From: an uncultured Bacilli bacterium
GTDB lineage: Bacteria > Bacillota_I > Bacilli_A > RF39 > UBA660
Assembly: GCA_947630865.1 (NCBI GenBank)
Contig: CANRJE010000001.1
Coordinates: 1 to 54,734 of the forward strand
Length of the DNA: 54,734 nt
Direction: 5' to 3'
A program made the position numbers and the translations under genes. The first letter of the stretch is position 1. Every line of letters begins with the position of its first letter. Below are positions 1 through 8,885 of this stretch, in pieces. The notes below the pieces were generated by a model. It saw nothing but the letters and a program-made list of their open reading frames with translations, was not told the DNA's origin and did no database searches.

Positions 1-22
1 AGCAATTTTTCTTTTTAAAACC

Positions 23-54
23 AAAAAACTCTTAAATCGTTAAATTCAAGAGTT
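23..54 (-). terminator. intrinsic terminator downstream of pflA
   Basis: Minus strand reads AACTCTT-(14 nt)-AAGAGTT followed by TTTTGG, about 80 nt after the pflA stop. Confidence 0.5.
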
Positions 55-132
55 AAAAATTTTACATAATTTTACATTATATTTTTTTATTTCTTTCTAT
101 CATAGTATTTTAAGGTCTAGCCCTTAACTAAA

Positions 133-834
133 TTATAAATTCAAAAATTCTTGGTATAAATTCTCACATTTCTTTTTATCCATAGGTGGAACTTTTTCTA
201 AAGGATAAAGAATTTTAAGTTCTTTATATTTCTCGCTTCCCAATTTATGATACGGAATAAAAACGATATCTTTTACATTTTTAATTTGTTTTACATATTC
301 CTTAAGTCCTTTTATATATTCCAAATTATCATTATAGCCAGGGACAATTACTTGTCTTAAAGATACAGGAATATTAGTCTTGTTAATTAATTCGATGAAT
401 TCTTTTATTTTGGTCATTCTGGATTTCGTTAATTCAAAGTATTCATCTGAATAAATGTGCTTAATATCAAGAATTATTAAATCAACATATTTTAAAAGCT
501 CATTTATATTACCAGCAAAATCACCAGCCGTATCAATTGCAATATGGATTTTTTCTTTTTTTAAATATTTGCAAACCTTTGTTAAAAAATCACTCTGAAG
601 AAGAGGTTCGCCACCTGAAAAAGTAACTCCCCCTCCCCGTTTAAAATAATTTTTGTAACGTAATATTTTTTTAGCTAAATCAATATCTTTATAATTAGGT
701 TTTTCTCTTCGAAACATTTCTGGATTATGACAATATAGACATCTTTTTCTGCAGCCTGATAAGAAAACAATAGTTCTTATACCTGGACCATCAACACTAG
801 TTAATGTTTCAATAGAAGAAACACTTCCCTTCAT
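133..834 (-). CDS. pflA: pyruvate formate-lyase activating enzyme (radical SAM)
   Basis: Has the CxxxCxxC radical-SAM motif (CRKRCLYCHN) and the GGGVTFSGGEP SAM motif. It sits immediately downstream of pflB, overlapping it by 1 nt. Confidence 0.9.
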   Translation of the reverse strand: MKGSVSSIETLTSVDGPGIRTIVFLSGCRKRCLYCHNPEMFRREKPNYKDIDLAKKILRYKNYFKRGGGVTFSGGEPLLQSDFLTKVCKYLKKEKIHIAIDTAGDFAGNINELLKYVDLIILDIKHIYSDEYFELTKSRMTKIKEFIELINKTNIPVSLRQVIVPGYNDNLEYIKGLKEYVKQIKNVKDIVFIPYHKLGSEKYKELKILYPLEKVPPMDKKKCENLYQEFLNL

Positions 835-3047
835 TACATCACCTCATGGAAAGTTCTACTAATTACCTCATCTTGTTGTTCAGGAGTTAAACGATTGAAT
901 CTTACAGAATAACCAGATACTCTTATTGTTAAAAGAGGATATTTATCAGGATTATTTTTTGCATCAATTAATAGTTCTTTCGTTAAAACATTGACATTCA
1001 AGTGATGAGCTCCATTTTCAAAGTAACCATCTAAAATACCACATAAATTATTTATTTGTTCATCAAGTGTTTTACCCAAAGTAGTTGGTACAATTGAAAA
1101 AGTATTACTTATTCCATCACGACAGCAATTTGTATAATCAAGTTTAGAAACACTATTCAAACTAGCAAGTGCTCCACTTGAATCTCTTCCATGCATTGGA
1201 TTTGCTCCAGGGGCAAACGGTGTTTTAGCAAGTCTTCCATCTGGAGTTGTTCCAGTTTTATGACCGTATACAACATTTGAAGTAATAGTTAATACTGACA
1301 AAGTTGGAAAACTATTACGATAAGTTTTATGTTTTGCTAATTCATGATAAAGTTTCTTTAAAACCATTTTGGCTATATTATCAACCCTATCATCATCATT
1401 GCCATATTTCGGATAATCGCCTTTAACTTCAAAATCAACAGCAATTCCATTTTCGTTGCGAATTGGTTTAACTTTAGCATATTTTATAGCTGAAAGAGAG
1501 TCAGCAACAACCGATAAACCAGCAACACCATAAGCCATTAATCTTTTAACATCGGTATCATGTAAAGCCATTTGACTTGCTTCATAAGCATATTTGTCAT
1601 GCATATAATGAATAATATTCATAGCATCAGAATATACTTTAGCCGTTTTTTCAATAACCTTATAAAAATTGTTTTTAACTGTCTCATAATCTAAATATTT
1701 CGTTTTGATTTTAGGAATACCATCTAGTACTTTCATGTATTCCATTTCATCATAACCTTCATTGATGCTATATAGAAGTGCCTTAGCTAAATTACATCTT
1801 GCACCAAAGAATTGCATATTTTTACCAATTGTCATAGCTGAAACACAACAAGCAATAGCATAGTCATCACCGTAAATTGGTCTCATAATATCGTCATTTT
1901 CATATTGAATAGCATCAGTTTTGATACTCATTTTTGCTGCATATTTTTTAAAGTTTTCTGGTAATTTTAAACTCCATAATACTGTCATATTAGGTTCAGG
2001 AGCTGGATCTAAGTTCGTTAAAGTATGAAGAATTCTAAAGGTTGTTTTTGTAACCATAGACTTACCATTTTTCGTAACTCCACCTAATGAACAAGTAACC
2101 CATGTTGGATCACCTGAAAATAATTCATCATATTCTGGGGTTCTCAAATGTCTCACTAAACGAAGCTTAATAACAAATTGGTCAATTAATTCTTGAATTT
2201 CTTCTTCTTTAATTTTACCATTTTTCAAATCTCTTTCAAAGTAAATATCTAAAAATGCATCAACTCGACCTAAACTCATAGCTGCCCCATTATTTTCTTT
2301 AACAGCTGCAAGATATCCAAAATATAGCCATTGAACTGCTTCAAAACTATTTTTAGCAGGTTTTGAGATATCGTATCCATAACTTAAGGCCATTTCTTTT
2401 ATTTTTTCTAAAGCCTTAATTTGCATACTAACTTCTTCTCTTAATCTAATTGATTCATCTAGTTCTACCTTGATATTTTTTAAGTCGTCTTTTTTCTTTT
2501 CAATCAAAAAATCGATTCCATATAGAGCAACTCTTCGATAATCTCCAATAATTCTACCTCTACCGTAAGCATCAGGTAATCCTGTAATTAAACCAACATG
2601 TTTACATAGTTTAATTTCATCATTGTAAGCATCATATACTCCATCATTATGAGATTTTGTAAACATTGGAAAATATTTTTCAATAGTTGGGTCCATTTTA
2701 TAGTCATAAGCCTTCAAAGAATTTTTAACCATACGAAGACCGCCATAAGGATTCATCATTCTTTTTAATGGTGCGTCTGTTTGAAGTCCCACAATTACTT
2801 CAGAATCTTTGTCAATATAACCAGGAGGAAAATTGGTAATTCCAGAAACTCTTGTTGTATCAATATCCAAAACGGATTTTTTTAATTCTTCTTTTAAGAG
2901 TCTTTCACATTTACTCCAAACTCTTCTTGTTTTTTCGCTTGGAGGAGTTAAAAAGCTATCATCACCATCATATCTTGTATAATTTTTCATGATGAAATCT
3001 CTTACATTTATATCTTCTTTGTAATTACCTGTTTTAAAATCTTTCAT
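834..3047 (-). CDS. pflB: formate C-acetyltransferase (pyruvate formate-lyase)
   Basis: 737 aa. Carries the C-terminal glycyl-radical motif RVSGYSVRF and the active-site Cys pair in AIACCVSAM. Confidence 0.95.
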   Translation of the reverse strand: MKDFKTGNYKEDINVRDFIMKNYTRYDGDDSFLTPPSEKTRRVWSKCERLLKEELKKSVLDIDTTRVSGITNFPPGYIDKDSEVIVGLQTDAPLKRMMNPYGGLRMVKNSLKAYDYKMDPTIEKYFPMFTKSHNDGVYDAYNDEIKLCKHVGLITGLPDAYGRGRIIGDYRRVALYGIDFLIEKKKDDLKNIKVELDESIRLREEVSMQIKALEKIKEMALSYGYDISKPAKNSFEAVQWLYFGYLAAVKENNGAAMSLGRVDAFLDIYFERDLKNGKIKEEEIQELIDQFVIKLRLVRHLRTPEYDELFSGDPTWVTCSLGGVTKNGKSMVTKTTFRILHTLTNLDPAPEPNMTVLWSLKLPENFKKYAAKMSIKTDAIQYENDDIMRPIYGDDYAIACCVSAMTIGKNMQFFGARCNLAKALLYSINEGYDEMEYMKVLDGIPKIKTKYLDYETVKNNFYKVIEKTAKVYSDAMNIIHYMHDKYAYEASQMALHDTDVKRLMAYGVAGLSVVADSLSAIKYAKVKPIRNENGIAVDFEVKGDYPKYGNDDDRVDNIAKMVLKKLYHELAKHKTYRNSFPTLSVLTITSNVVYGHKTGTTPDGRLAKTPFAPGANPMHGRDSSGALASLNSVSKLDYTNCCRDGISNTFSIVPTTLGKTLDEQINNLCGILDGYFENGAHHLNVNVLTKELLIDAKNNPDKYPLLTIRVSGYSVRFNRLTPEQQDEVISRTFHEVM

Positions 3048-3153
3048 ATACTTCTACACCTTTCTATCTTATACTTTATATATTATATAATAGCATATTT
3101 TGAAAAGTAATAAAAGATATAATCGAAAATTAGATAACTAAAAATTAAGTACG

Positions 3154-3175
3154 AAAAAAAGACTATTTCTAGTCT
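3154..3175 (-). terminator. intrinsic terminator of rpsU
   Basis: Minus strand reads AGACTA-GAAA-TAGTCT followed by T7. The stem overlaps the rpsU stop codon. Confidence 0.6.
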
Positions 3176-3363
3176 CTATTGTTTCTTTCACGTTTACGAG
3201 CATTTTTAATTCCAGCCTTTTTAGCTTCACGGCGTCTTACTCCTGGCTTGTCATATGCTTCTCTTTTTTTGAATTCAGAAGGGATACCGTCACGAGCAAC
3301 TTTCTGTTTAAACTTCCTTAAAGCTCCGTCTAGATTACCATTTCGAACAGCAACATGAGTCAT
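3169..3363 (-). CDS. rpsU: 30S ribosomal protein S21
   Basis: Sequence MTHVAVRNGNLDGALRKFKQK... is typical S21. I chose the internal ATG at 3363 because GGAGGG lies 8 nt upstream. The tracked ORF start at 3390 has no SD. Confidence 0.9.
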   Translation of the reverse strand: MTHVAVRNGNLDGALRKFKQKVARDGIPSEFKKREAYDKPGVRRREAKKAGIKNARKRERNNRD

Positions 3364-3399
3364 CTTTTTATTCCCTCCCTTCGTTTTCAAATCAAATAG

Positions 3400-3428
3400 A
3401 TTATATCAAACAAAATCTAAAATTTCAA
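3400..3428 (-). promoter_or_regulatory. sigma-A type promoter for rpsU
   Basis: Minus strand has TTGAAA, a 17-nt spacer, then TATAAT. Confidence 0.55.
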
Positions 3429-3613
3429 CAGAAATCGACGTTTTTTTCAAAAATATTATATGATTTAACTCTAAAAAGGGAACATAGTAACTAAACGATT
3501 TCTACTTCACCGAGTTTTCACTCTCCATAGACCAAATTCCGGTAGTTATTACCGTACTTAAAATATCAATTTATTTTTTTAAAAATTCGTTATAATTTTA
3601 TTTTTTCTTATAA

Positions 3614-3784
3614 CTAAATACTATTTACAACTAATTCAAAAAGTGCTCTCATAAACGTTCCTAAACCTACTCCTATTTTAAAAATAATTTCCATTAGGTT
3701 ACCTGCTATAAAACAAATAAAAGGCATAAGGACAATAGGCAAAATATAATTTAGAAGAATTTTTTTATCTTTTAAAATTTGCAT
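3614..3784 (-). CDS. small hydrophobic protein, candidate bacteriocin immunity protein
   Basis: Hand-translated 56-aa ORF MQILKDKKILLNYILPIVLMPFICFIAGNLMEIIFKIGVGLGTFMRALFELVVNSI. It has two hydrophobic segments. It overlaps the preceding peptide gene by 13 nt and is the last gene of the operon. The SD is weak. Confidence 0.4.
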   Translation of the reverse strand: MQILKDKKILLNYILPIVLMPFICFIAGNLMEIIFKIGVGLGTFMRALFELVVNSI

Positions 3785-3942
3785 AAATTACCACTCTTAA
3801 TTCTTCTTATTGCACTTCCTACTGCTTGTCCAATTCCAAATATCGTTTCAATACAACCACTTATGGCATTTAGAATAGCACCAGATATATCCGTGCCTCC
3901 CCCAATTATTCTTTTCATAGTTTCTTTTTCTAATTCTTCCAT
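3772..3942 (-). CDS. double-glycine-leader bacteriocin precursor (peptide B)
   Basis: Hand-translated 56 aa: MEELEKETMKRIIGG | GTDISGAILNAISGCIETIFGIGQAVGSAIRRIKSGNLCKF. The leader fits LxxxE(L/M)xxIxGG. The mature part has a GxxxG motif (GQAVG) and two Cys. GAAAGGAG lies 5 nt upstream. This ORF is not in the ORF track. Confidence 0.65.
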   Translation of the reverse strand: MEELEKETMKRIIGGGTDISGAILNAISGCIETIFGIGQAVGSAIRRIKSGNLCKF

Positions 3943-3954
3943 ATGAACTCCTTT

Positions 3955-4098
3955 CTACTTATTACAATCAAGAGGTCTTACTATCCCATCAATAACACCT
4001 GCTAAAAAAGTGACTAATGCCCCTATTCCGACAATAGCCCAAACGGAAATCCCTCCGCCTTTAATTTGTTTCATTTCTTCTTTTGTTAAATTATTCAT
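3955..4098 (-). CDS. double-glycine-leader bacteriocin precursor (peptide A)
   Basis: Hand-translated 47 aa: MNNLTKEEMKQIKGG | GISVWAIVGIGALVTFLAGVIDGIVRPLDCNK. It has a classic GG leader and a small-residue-rich hydrophobic core. AAAGGAGAA lies directly upstream, and the ATG abuts the stop of the preceding gene. This ORF is not in the ORF track. Confidence 0.7.
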   Translation of the reverse strand: MNNLTKEEMKQIKGGGISVWAIVGIGALVTFLAGVIDGIVRPLDCNK

Positions 4099-4503
4099 TT
4101 ATTCTCCTTTCATTTTTCGAACCATAAACTGCCATAAATTTTCTTCTTTAATTATTACTTTAATATTTAAAGTTTTTGTATCTAAGTAATAAGCATCTAA
4201 TTTAAGTTTTAAAGTATAATCGTTAACCCCTTCATCAACACCTAAAACTTTATATTTCATTTTCTTATTATCAATTTCTAATCTCTTACTATCGATTATC
4301 ATTCCTGCTTCTAAATAGTCAAGTCCCGAGATAACTAAATTATTATTTTTTGATACAATACCTTTATAATTTAAACTTGTAATATTGTTAAACAATAACA
4401 TTTCTAATATTAAAACAATAATAATTGAGAAAATAACCATAAAATACATAATTTGATAATAGTTTTTGTAACAAGTAAACCGATCTAATAGACTAATATT
4501 CAT
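4099..4503 (-). CDS. small membrane-anchored protein, possible mini accessory/secretion protein of the bacteriocin exporter
   Basis: 134 aa counted from the ATG at 4503, which has GGGGGAG 6 nt upstream and overlaps the ABC gene end. It has one N-terminal TM helix followed by a beta-rich soluble part. It is much shorter than the usual ~450-aa HlyD-type accessory proteins. The function is inferred from position only. Confidence 0.4.
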   Translation of the reverse strand: MNISLLDRFTCYKNYYQIMYFMVIFSIIIVLILEMLLFNNITSLNYKGIVSKNNNLVISGLDYLEAGMIIDSKRLEIDNKKMKYKVLGVDEGVNDYTLKLKLDAYYLDTKTLNIKVIIKEENLWQFMVRKMKGE

Positions 4504-6565
4504 AAACAACTCCCCCTTCAATCGAGATTAATTTCTGATATAAATCTCGATTATTAAAGCGATGACTAATAACAATAACCGTTTTATTTTTTAGATAAGA
4601 AAAAATATTTTTAACAATTTCTCTTTCGTTGTTGATATCTAATGCATTAAATGATTCATCAAAAATATAAATATCACTATTCTTAACTAAAGCTCTAGCT
4701 AAAATAATTCTTTGTCTTTCTCCTCCTGATAAATTCGACGCATTAGTTTCTAATAACATGTCATCTTTTAATAAACTTCTTTCAATTATCTTATCAACTC
4801 CACATAACTTAATAATCTTTAAATAAAGCTCATAAGAAACTTCGTAAGATGTAACTATATTATTATAAATAGTATCTGTAAAAATCACTTCATCTTGAGA
4901 TAAATAAGTTATTCTTTTTCGTAATTCTTTTAAATTATAATTATAAATCTTTCTATCATCTAAATAAATATCTCCTTCATAATTATCAATATATCTTGTA
5001 ATTAATTTCATGAGTGTACTTTTACCTCCTCCACTTTGACCATATAAAAGTACATGCTCACCTCCCTTAATTTCTAAGTCATGACAATTAATAACTTCAT
5101 CTATTCCATTATAAGAATAATGTAAGTTTTGAATTTTAATATTTCCTATAAAATGCTTTCCAATTATCTTTTCATCAAGTGAAAAATCCTCAGTTTTTAC
5201 ATTCAATAGTTCCTTAATTCTAGTAAAAGAAACACTAGCTTCTTTAATTAAAATTTGCAAAGAACAAATATTACTAATTGGACTAAAATAGTAACTAAGT
5301 AAACTATTAAAAACTAGTAATCTTGGAAGTGAAAAATTTCCATCCATAACTTCTTTAATTCCAAAAAAGAAAATTAAAAGTATTCCTATTCCATAAGCCA
5401 AATCTTTATAAAAAGTTTCTTTAGCAAAAGTACCATAAAGTTCAAAACTTAAATCTTGATAATCTTTATATTTAACACTCAACTTATTATTTAAAGTTTC
5501 TTCTAATTGCATTCCTTTAATTGTATTAACAGAAGAAAGTGATTCCATTAAATGATTATCAACCAAAACCTCTTTTTCTTTCATCAAATTCATTTTTTCT
5601 CTTAATAAATTATTATATATAATAATAATCAAAACATAAAAAAATGTAATTATTAAAACAATAAATGTTAATTTCATATTAATTTTTGAAAGAAGAAATA
5701 AAACTACTGTAAGCATTGATAAATCAATTACAATTGTTACTAAAAGTTTACTAATAACATCTCTTATTACATAAACATCTTTTATTCTGGCTATTATGTC
5801 AGCTTTTGATCTGTTTAAAAAATATAAATATGGAAGCTTAATGATATGATTATATACTTCTTTAACAAAAGATTCATCTAACTTATGATTTAAATAATTG
5901 ATCAAATTATTACGAAACAAATTAGTAATTTCTTTTAAAAGGGCAACTACCAATAAAAAAGCAAAAATAAAATTTAATGTCTCGTGATTATTAGTACTTA
6001 TTAAATCAATAAAGAATTGAAATTCATAAGATATTAAAACGTTGCTAATTGTATAAACCAATGAAAGAAAAATAAGAAAGAGAATTGTTGTTTTAAATGA
6101 CGGGATAATTGGAAATATTAAATTTAAAAAACTTTTCTCTTTAGCTTGTTTTAAAATCTCAGTTTTGGGTTTAAAAAGTAAATAAACATTGGTTGTAATA
6201 CTATTCCAAGCACTAATTGAATAACTTTTAAATCCCCCATCTGGATCCATTACACGTATTTCATCATCAAGAACTTTCGTAATGACCACAAAATGTCCTA
6301 TTTTTTTGTCAATTAAAATATGAGCTATGACAGGTAAATTATTTTTAAGTTTAAAAACACTCCCCCTTAATGCTTTCGTTTCAAAACCTAATTTTTCTGA
6401 TGCTGCAACTAAAGAATAAACTGAAACTCCTTCGGTAGTAGTCTTTGTTAGGTCTCTTAAATATTCTCTACTAACATAACCTCCATAATAATTAACTAAA
6501 GACATTAAACAGGCAACTCCGCAGTCTTTCAAATCTGTTTGTTTCGTGTATATAATTTTTCTCAT
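4493..6565 (-). CDS. bacteriocin-processing ABC transporter with N-terminal C39 peptidase domain
   Basis: 690 aa. N-terminus has QTDLKDCGVACLMSLVNYYGG (C39 catalytic Cys) and GHFVVI (His). A six-TM region follows. Walker A is GQSGGGKST, the signature is LSGGERQR, and Walker B is IYIFDE. Confidence 0.9.
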   Translation of the reverse strand: MRKIIYTKQTDLKDCGVACLMSLVNYYGGYVSREYLRDLTKTTTEGVSVYSLVAASEKLGFETKALRGSVFKLKNNLPVIAHILIDKKIGHFVVITKVLDDEIRVMDPDGGFKSYSISAWNSITTNVYLLFKPKTEILKQAKEKSFLNLIFPIIPSFKTTILFLIFLSLVYTISNVLISYEFQFFIDLISTNNHETLNFIFAFLLVVALLKEITNLFRNNLINYLNHKLDESFVKEVYNHIIKLPYLYFLNRSKADIIARIKDVYVIRDVISKLLVTIVIDLSMLTVVLFLLSKINMKLTFIVLIITFFYVLIIIIYNNLLREKMNLMKEKEVLVDNHLMESLSSVNTIKGMQLEETLNNKLSVKYKDYQDLSFELYGTFAKETFYKDLAYGIGILLIFFFGIKEVMDGNFSLPRLLVFNSLLSYYFSPISNICSLQILIKEASVSFTRIKELLNVKTEDFSLDEKIIGKHFIGNIKIQNLHYSYNGIDEVINCHDLEIKGGEHVLLYGQSGGGKSTLMKLITRYIDNYEGDIYLDDRKIYNYNLKELRKRITYLSQDEVIFTDTIYNNIVTSYEVSYELYLKIIKLCGVDKIIERSLLKDDMLLETNASNLSGGERQRIILARALVKNSDIYIFDESFNALDINNEREIVKNIFSYLKNKTVIVISHRFNNRDLYQKLISIEGGVVYEY

Positions 6566-6632
6566 TTAAGCCTCCAATTATAATATAAAACAATTAATTT
6601 ATTTTTGGAAAAATAAATCGTTTTTTTTAAGT

Positions 6633-6682
6633 CCTTGTGGCACAAGGGTTTAGAAAGGCCTCGAGGTGAAATTTGTTCACCT
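6633..6682. promoter_or_regulatory. cluster of GC-rich palindromes in the divergent ABC/lexA-like intergenic region (candidate operators)
   Basis: Three palindromes occur here. CCTTGTG-g-CACAAGG is at 6633-6647. CCTCGAGG is at 6658-6665. AGGTGAA-atttg-TTCACCT is at 6664-6682 and overlaps the -35 of the lexA-like promoter. Confidence 0.4.
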
Positions 6683-6703
6683 TTTTAAAAATTGTGCTAT
6701 AAT
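6673..6703 (+). promoter_or_regulatory. extended -10 promoter of the lexA-like gene
   Basis: TTGTTC (6673-6678), a 19-nt spacer, then TGcTATAAT (6695-6703), about 20 nt upstream of the SD AAGGGTGA. Confidence 0.5.
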
Positions 6704-6724
6704 ACATGACTAAGGGTGATACTA

Positions 6725-7279
6725 ATGTTAACTGAAAAACAAGAAGAATTTTATAATTTAATTTTAAATTCCTATAGTGAATTAAACGAGATTCCCAGTA
6801 TTGGTTATTTAAAAAGAAAAAGTTCTTATAAATCTTACAATACAATCTATAAATATATATTTATTTTAAAAAAGAAAGGTTATATCGATTTTGATGATGA
6901 TAAAAAGAAAATAACTTATTTAAAGAAAACTATCATTAATAGTTCTTTAATAGAAATACCTATTTTAAATGATTTTAGATTTTTATCAGTTCCAAAAAAG
7001 TCACATGATAATAAAGAATATCTCGCTTATATAATTCATAATAATCGTTTAATTAACTATCATATTATTAATAAAGATACATTAATCTTTGAAAAAAGTA
7101 CGAAAAATTTAAATAATAAAATTGTTTTAGCATTTATTGATAATGAATATAAAGTTTTAAAATATAAAAAAGAAGATGAATATATCCACCTTCTAAATAG
7201 TAAAGAAAATTATTTTATTACAAATAATCAAAATATAATTGGTAAATTAGTTACTTTAATAAGAAATACTAAGGATTAA
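6725..7279 (+). CDS. LexA-like repressor (wHTH plus S24-like domain) with degenerate catalytic and cleavage motifs
   Basis: Aligns by eye along its whole length to B. subtilis LexA: N-terminal LTEKQEEFYNLI...KKKGYI, C-terminal KIVLAFIDNEYKVLKYKKEDEYIHLL...IIGKLVTLIR. The GDSM position reads NNRL, and no Ala-Gly site is present. I chose the ATG at 6725, with its SD 6 nt upstream, over the GTG at 6716. Confidence 0.7.
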   Translation: MLTEKQEEFYNLILNSYSELNEIPSIGYLKRKSSYKSYNTIYKYIFILKKKGYIDFDDDKKKITYLKKTIINSSLIEIPILNDFRFLSVPKKSHDNKEYLAYIIHNNRLINYHIINKDTLIFEKSTKNLNNKIVLAFIDNEYKVLKYKKEDEYIHLLNSKENYFITNNQNIIGKLVTLIRNTKD

Positions 7280-8582
7280 GTCTTGTTGGACCACGATAAA
7301 TTAAAGTAGCTTCTCTTATATTATCTATTTCAAAAATTCGCATCATAATACGAGCAAGTCCTACTCCATATCCACCATGAGGAGGACAGCCATATTGAAA
7401 GAAGTCAGTATAGAATTTTAAGTCATCAGGATTGATGCCTTTTTCTTTTATTTGTTTAATTAAAATATCTGGGCGATGTTCTCTTTGAGCACCACTAGTA
7501 ATCTCAATTCCTTTAAAAATTAAATCATATGTTTGGGTAACACCATTTTCATCTTTCATAACATAAAAACTTCTAGCACTATAAGGATAATTTGTAATGA
7601 AAACGAAATCACTTTTATATTTTTGCTTTACATATTTACTTATTAATTCTTCTTCATGGCGATCCATGTCTTCTTCTTGTTCTCCAACATAATGAAATTC
7701 ATCCTGAATAATTTTTTTAGCATCATAGAAATTAATTCTTGGAAATTTTTCTTTAGTATCACTTACTTCAACATGGAATACTTCTTTTATTCTTTCGCCA
7801 TATTTTTCTTTTAATGCACTCATAAAATATCTAATCCATTCTTCTTCACTATCCATTACTTCAGAAACACTATCAATCCAAGATATCTCTGAATCAATCA
7901 TCAATATTTCACTAGCATGATAACTAGTGTGAGAATTTTCAGCTCGGAATACAGGTCCTATTTCAAAAACTTTATCAAAACCTGAAGACATTGTCATTTG
8001 TTTATAAAATTGAGGTGATTGAGATAAAGCAGCCTCATGTCCAAAGTAATCAAGTTTAAAGGTTTCAGCTCCACTTTCTGCAGCTTTAGCACTTATCTTT
8101 GGAGTATGGATTTCTTTAAAACCATTGTTAATCCAATACTCACGCATCTTAGCTTCAATAAATGTTTGACATTCAAATAATAAATTATTCTCGTCTCTCC
8201 TTAAATCTAAAAAACGATAATCAAGTCTTGTTTCTCTTAAAGAATTATCTCGACTTTTATAATCATATGGAAGCTCATTAGCTGACTTACTTGTAATAAT
8301 TATTTTTGTTGGTATTATTTCCATACCATTTAATTTAACACTTGGACTATCAAGTAATTTTCCATAAACTGTAACAGTACTTTCAGCAGTTAAATCTTCT
8401 ATGCTATCAATTATTTCTTTATTTTCATCATTTCTTTCAATTGTCACTTGGACTTTACCTGTTGAATCCCTTAAAATAATAAAGATAACATATTGTAATG
8501 ACCTAATCTTATCAACAAAACCACGAAATTCAATATCGCTTCCTAATTTTTCTTTTAAATCTTTTACATATAAAGTTTTCAT
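7269..8582 (-). CDS. aspS: aspartate--tRNA ligase, short (archaeal/type-2-like) form
   Basis: About 437 aa, class IIb aaRS. Motifs are FRAE, SGAQREH and YGCPPHGGYGVGLARI...RLNP. The T-box leader upstream carries a GAC (Asp) specifier. Start is the ATG at 8582, using the AGGAGG inside the longer tracked ORF. Confidence 0.8.
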   Translation of the reverse strand: MKTLYVKDLKEKLGSDIEFRGFVDKIRSLQYVIFIILRDSTGKVQVTIERNDENKEIIDSIEDLTAESTVTVYGKLLDSPSVKLNGMEIIPTKIIITSKSANELPYDYKSRDNSLRETRLDYRFLDLRRDENNLLFECQTFIEAKMREYWINNGFKEIHTPKISAKAAESGAETFKLDYFGHEAALSQSPQFYKQMTMSSGFDKVFEIGPVFRAENSHTSYHASEILMIDSEISWIDSVSEVMDSEEEWIRYFMSALKEKYGERIKEVFHVEVSDTKEKFPRINFYDAKKIIQDEFHYVGEQEEDMDRHEEELISKYVKQKYKSDFVFITNYPYSARSFYVMKDENGVTQTYDLIFKGIEITSGAQREHRPDILIKQIKEKGINPDDLKFYTDFFQYGCPPHGGYGVGLARIMMRIFEIDNIREATLIYRGPTRLNP

Positions 8583-8597
8583 TTTCTTCCTCCTCAT

Positions 8598-8795
8598 AAA
8601 AAAACTCTAATCATAAGGACTTAATATTTAAGCGGTACCACCTTATTTCATAGAGTTTATGCACTTTATTAGTCTATAACGTAACTACTCGTTTGTCTAC
8701 AATTTAATGTCTTCATTAAGCTATCTTATTAGTTTTCACCTGCCACTAACTCTCTTTAAAGAATTACTTAATTACTCTTTTAAATCTAACAATAT
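8598..8795 (-). promoter_or_regulatory. T-box leader (tRNA-Asp responsive transcription attenuator)
   Basis: On the minus strand:
- AGTA precedes the ATTAAG/CTTAAT stem.
- An AGAGAG bulge and a GGTGAAA distal element are present.
- The specifier loop reads GAA-GAC-A (GAC at 8709-8711).
- The conserved T-box sequence AAGGTGGTACCGCT is at 8631-8642.
- The terminator is AACTCTA..ATAAGG / CCTTAT..TAGAGTT followed by T7. Confidence 0.8.
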
Positions 8796-8801
8796 ATGAA
8801 T

Positions 8802-8830
8802 ATATTAAGTTATTTATTTAATTTTGTCAA
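8802..8830 (-). promoter_or_regulatory. promoter of the aspS T-box leader
   Basis: Minus strand has TTGACA, a 17-nt spacer, then TAATAT. Confidence 0.55.
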
Positions 8831-8885
8831 TTATTTAAAGAGAAATTTCAAAAAAATTAGAAAAAAAGAAATGATTTCTCATCTC

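Noticed and set aside
6633-6647. CCTTGTG-g-CACAAGG as a transcription terminator between the divergent genes.
   Set aside because: The loop would be 1 nt, and no U-tract follows on either strand. The genes diverge from here, so a protein-binding palindrome is more plausible.
6664-6682. A canonical Firmicute LexA (Cheo) box at the lexA-like promoter.
   Set aside because: The core is GAA-N5-TTC, not GAAC-N4-GTTC. I report it only as a related palindrome.
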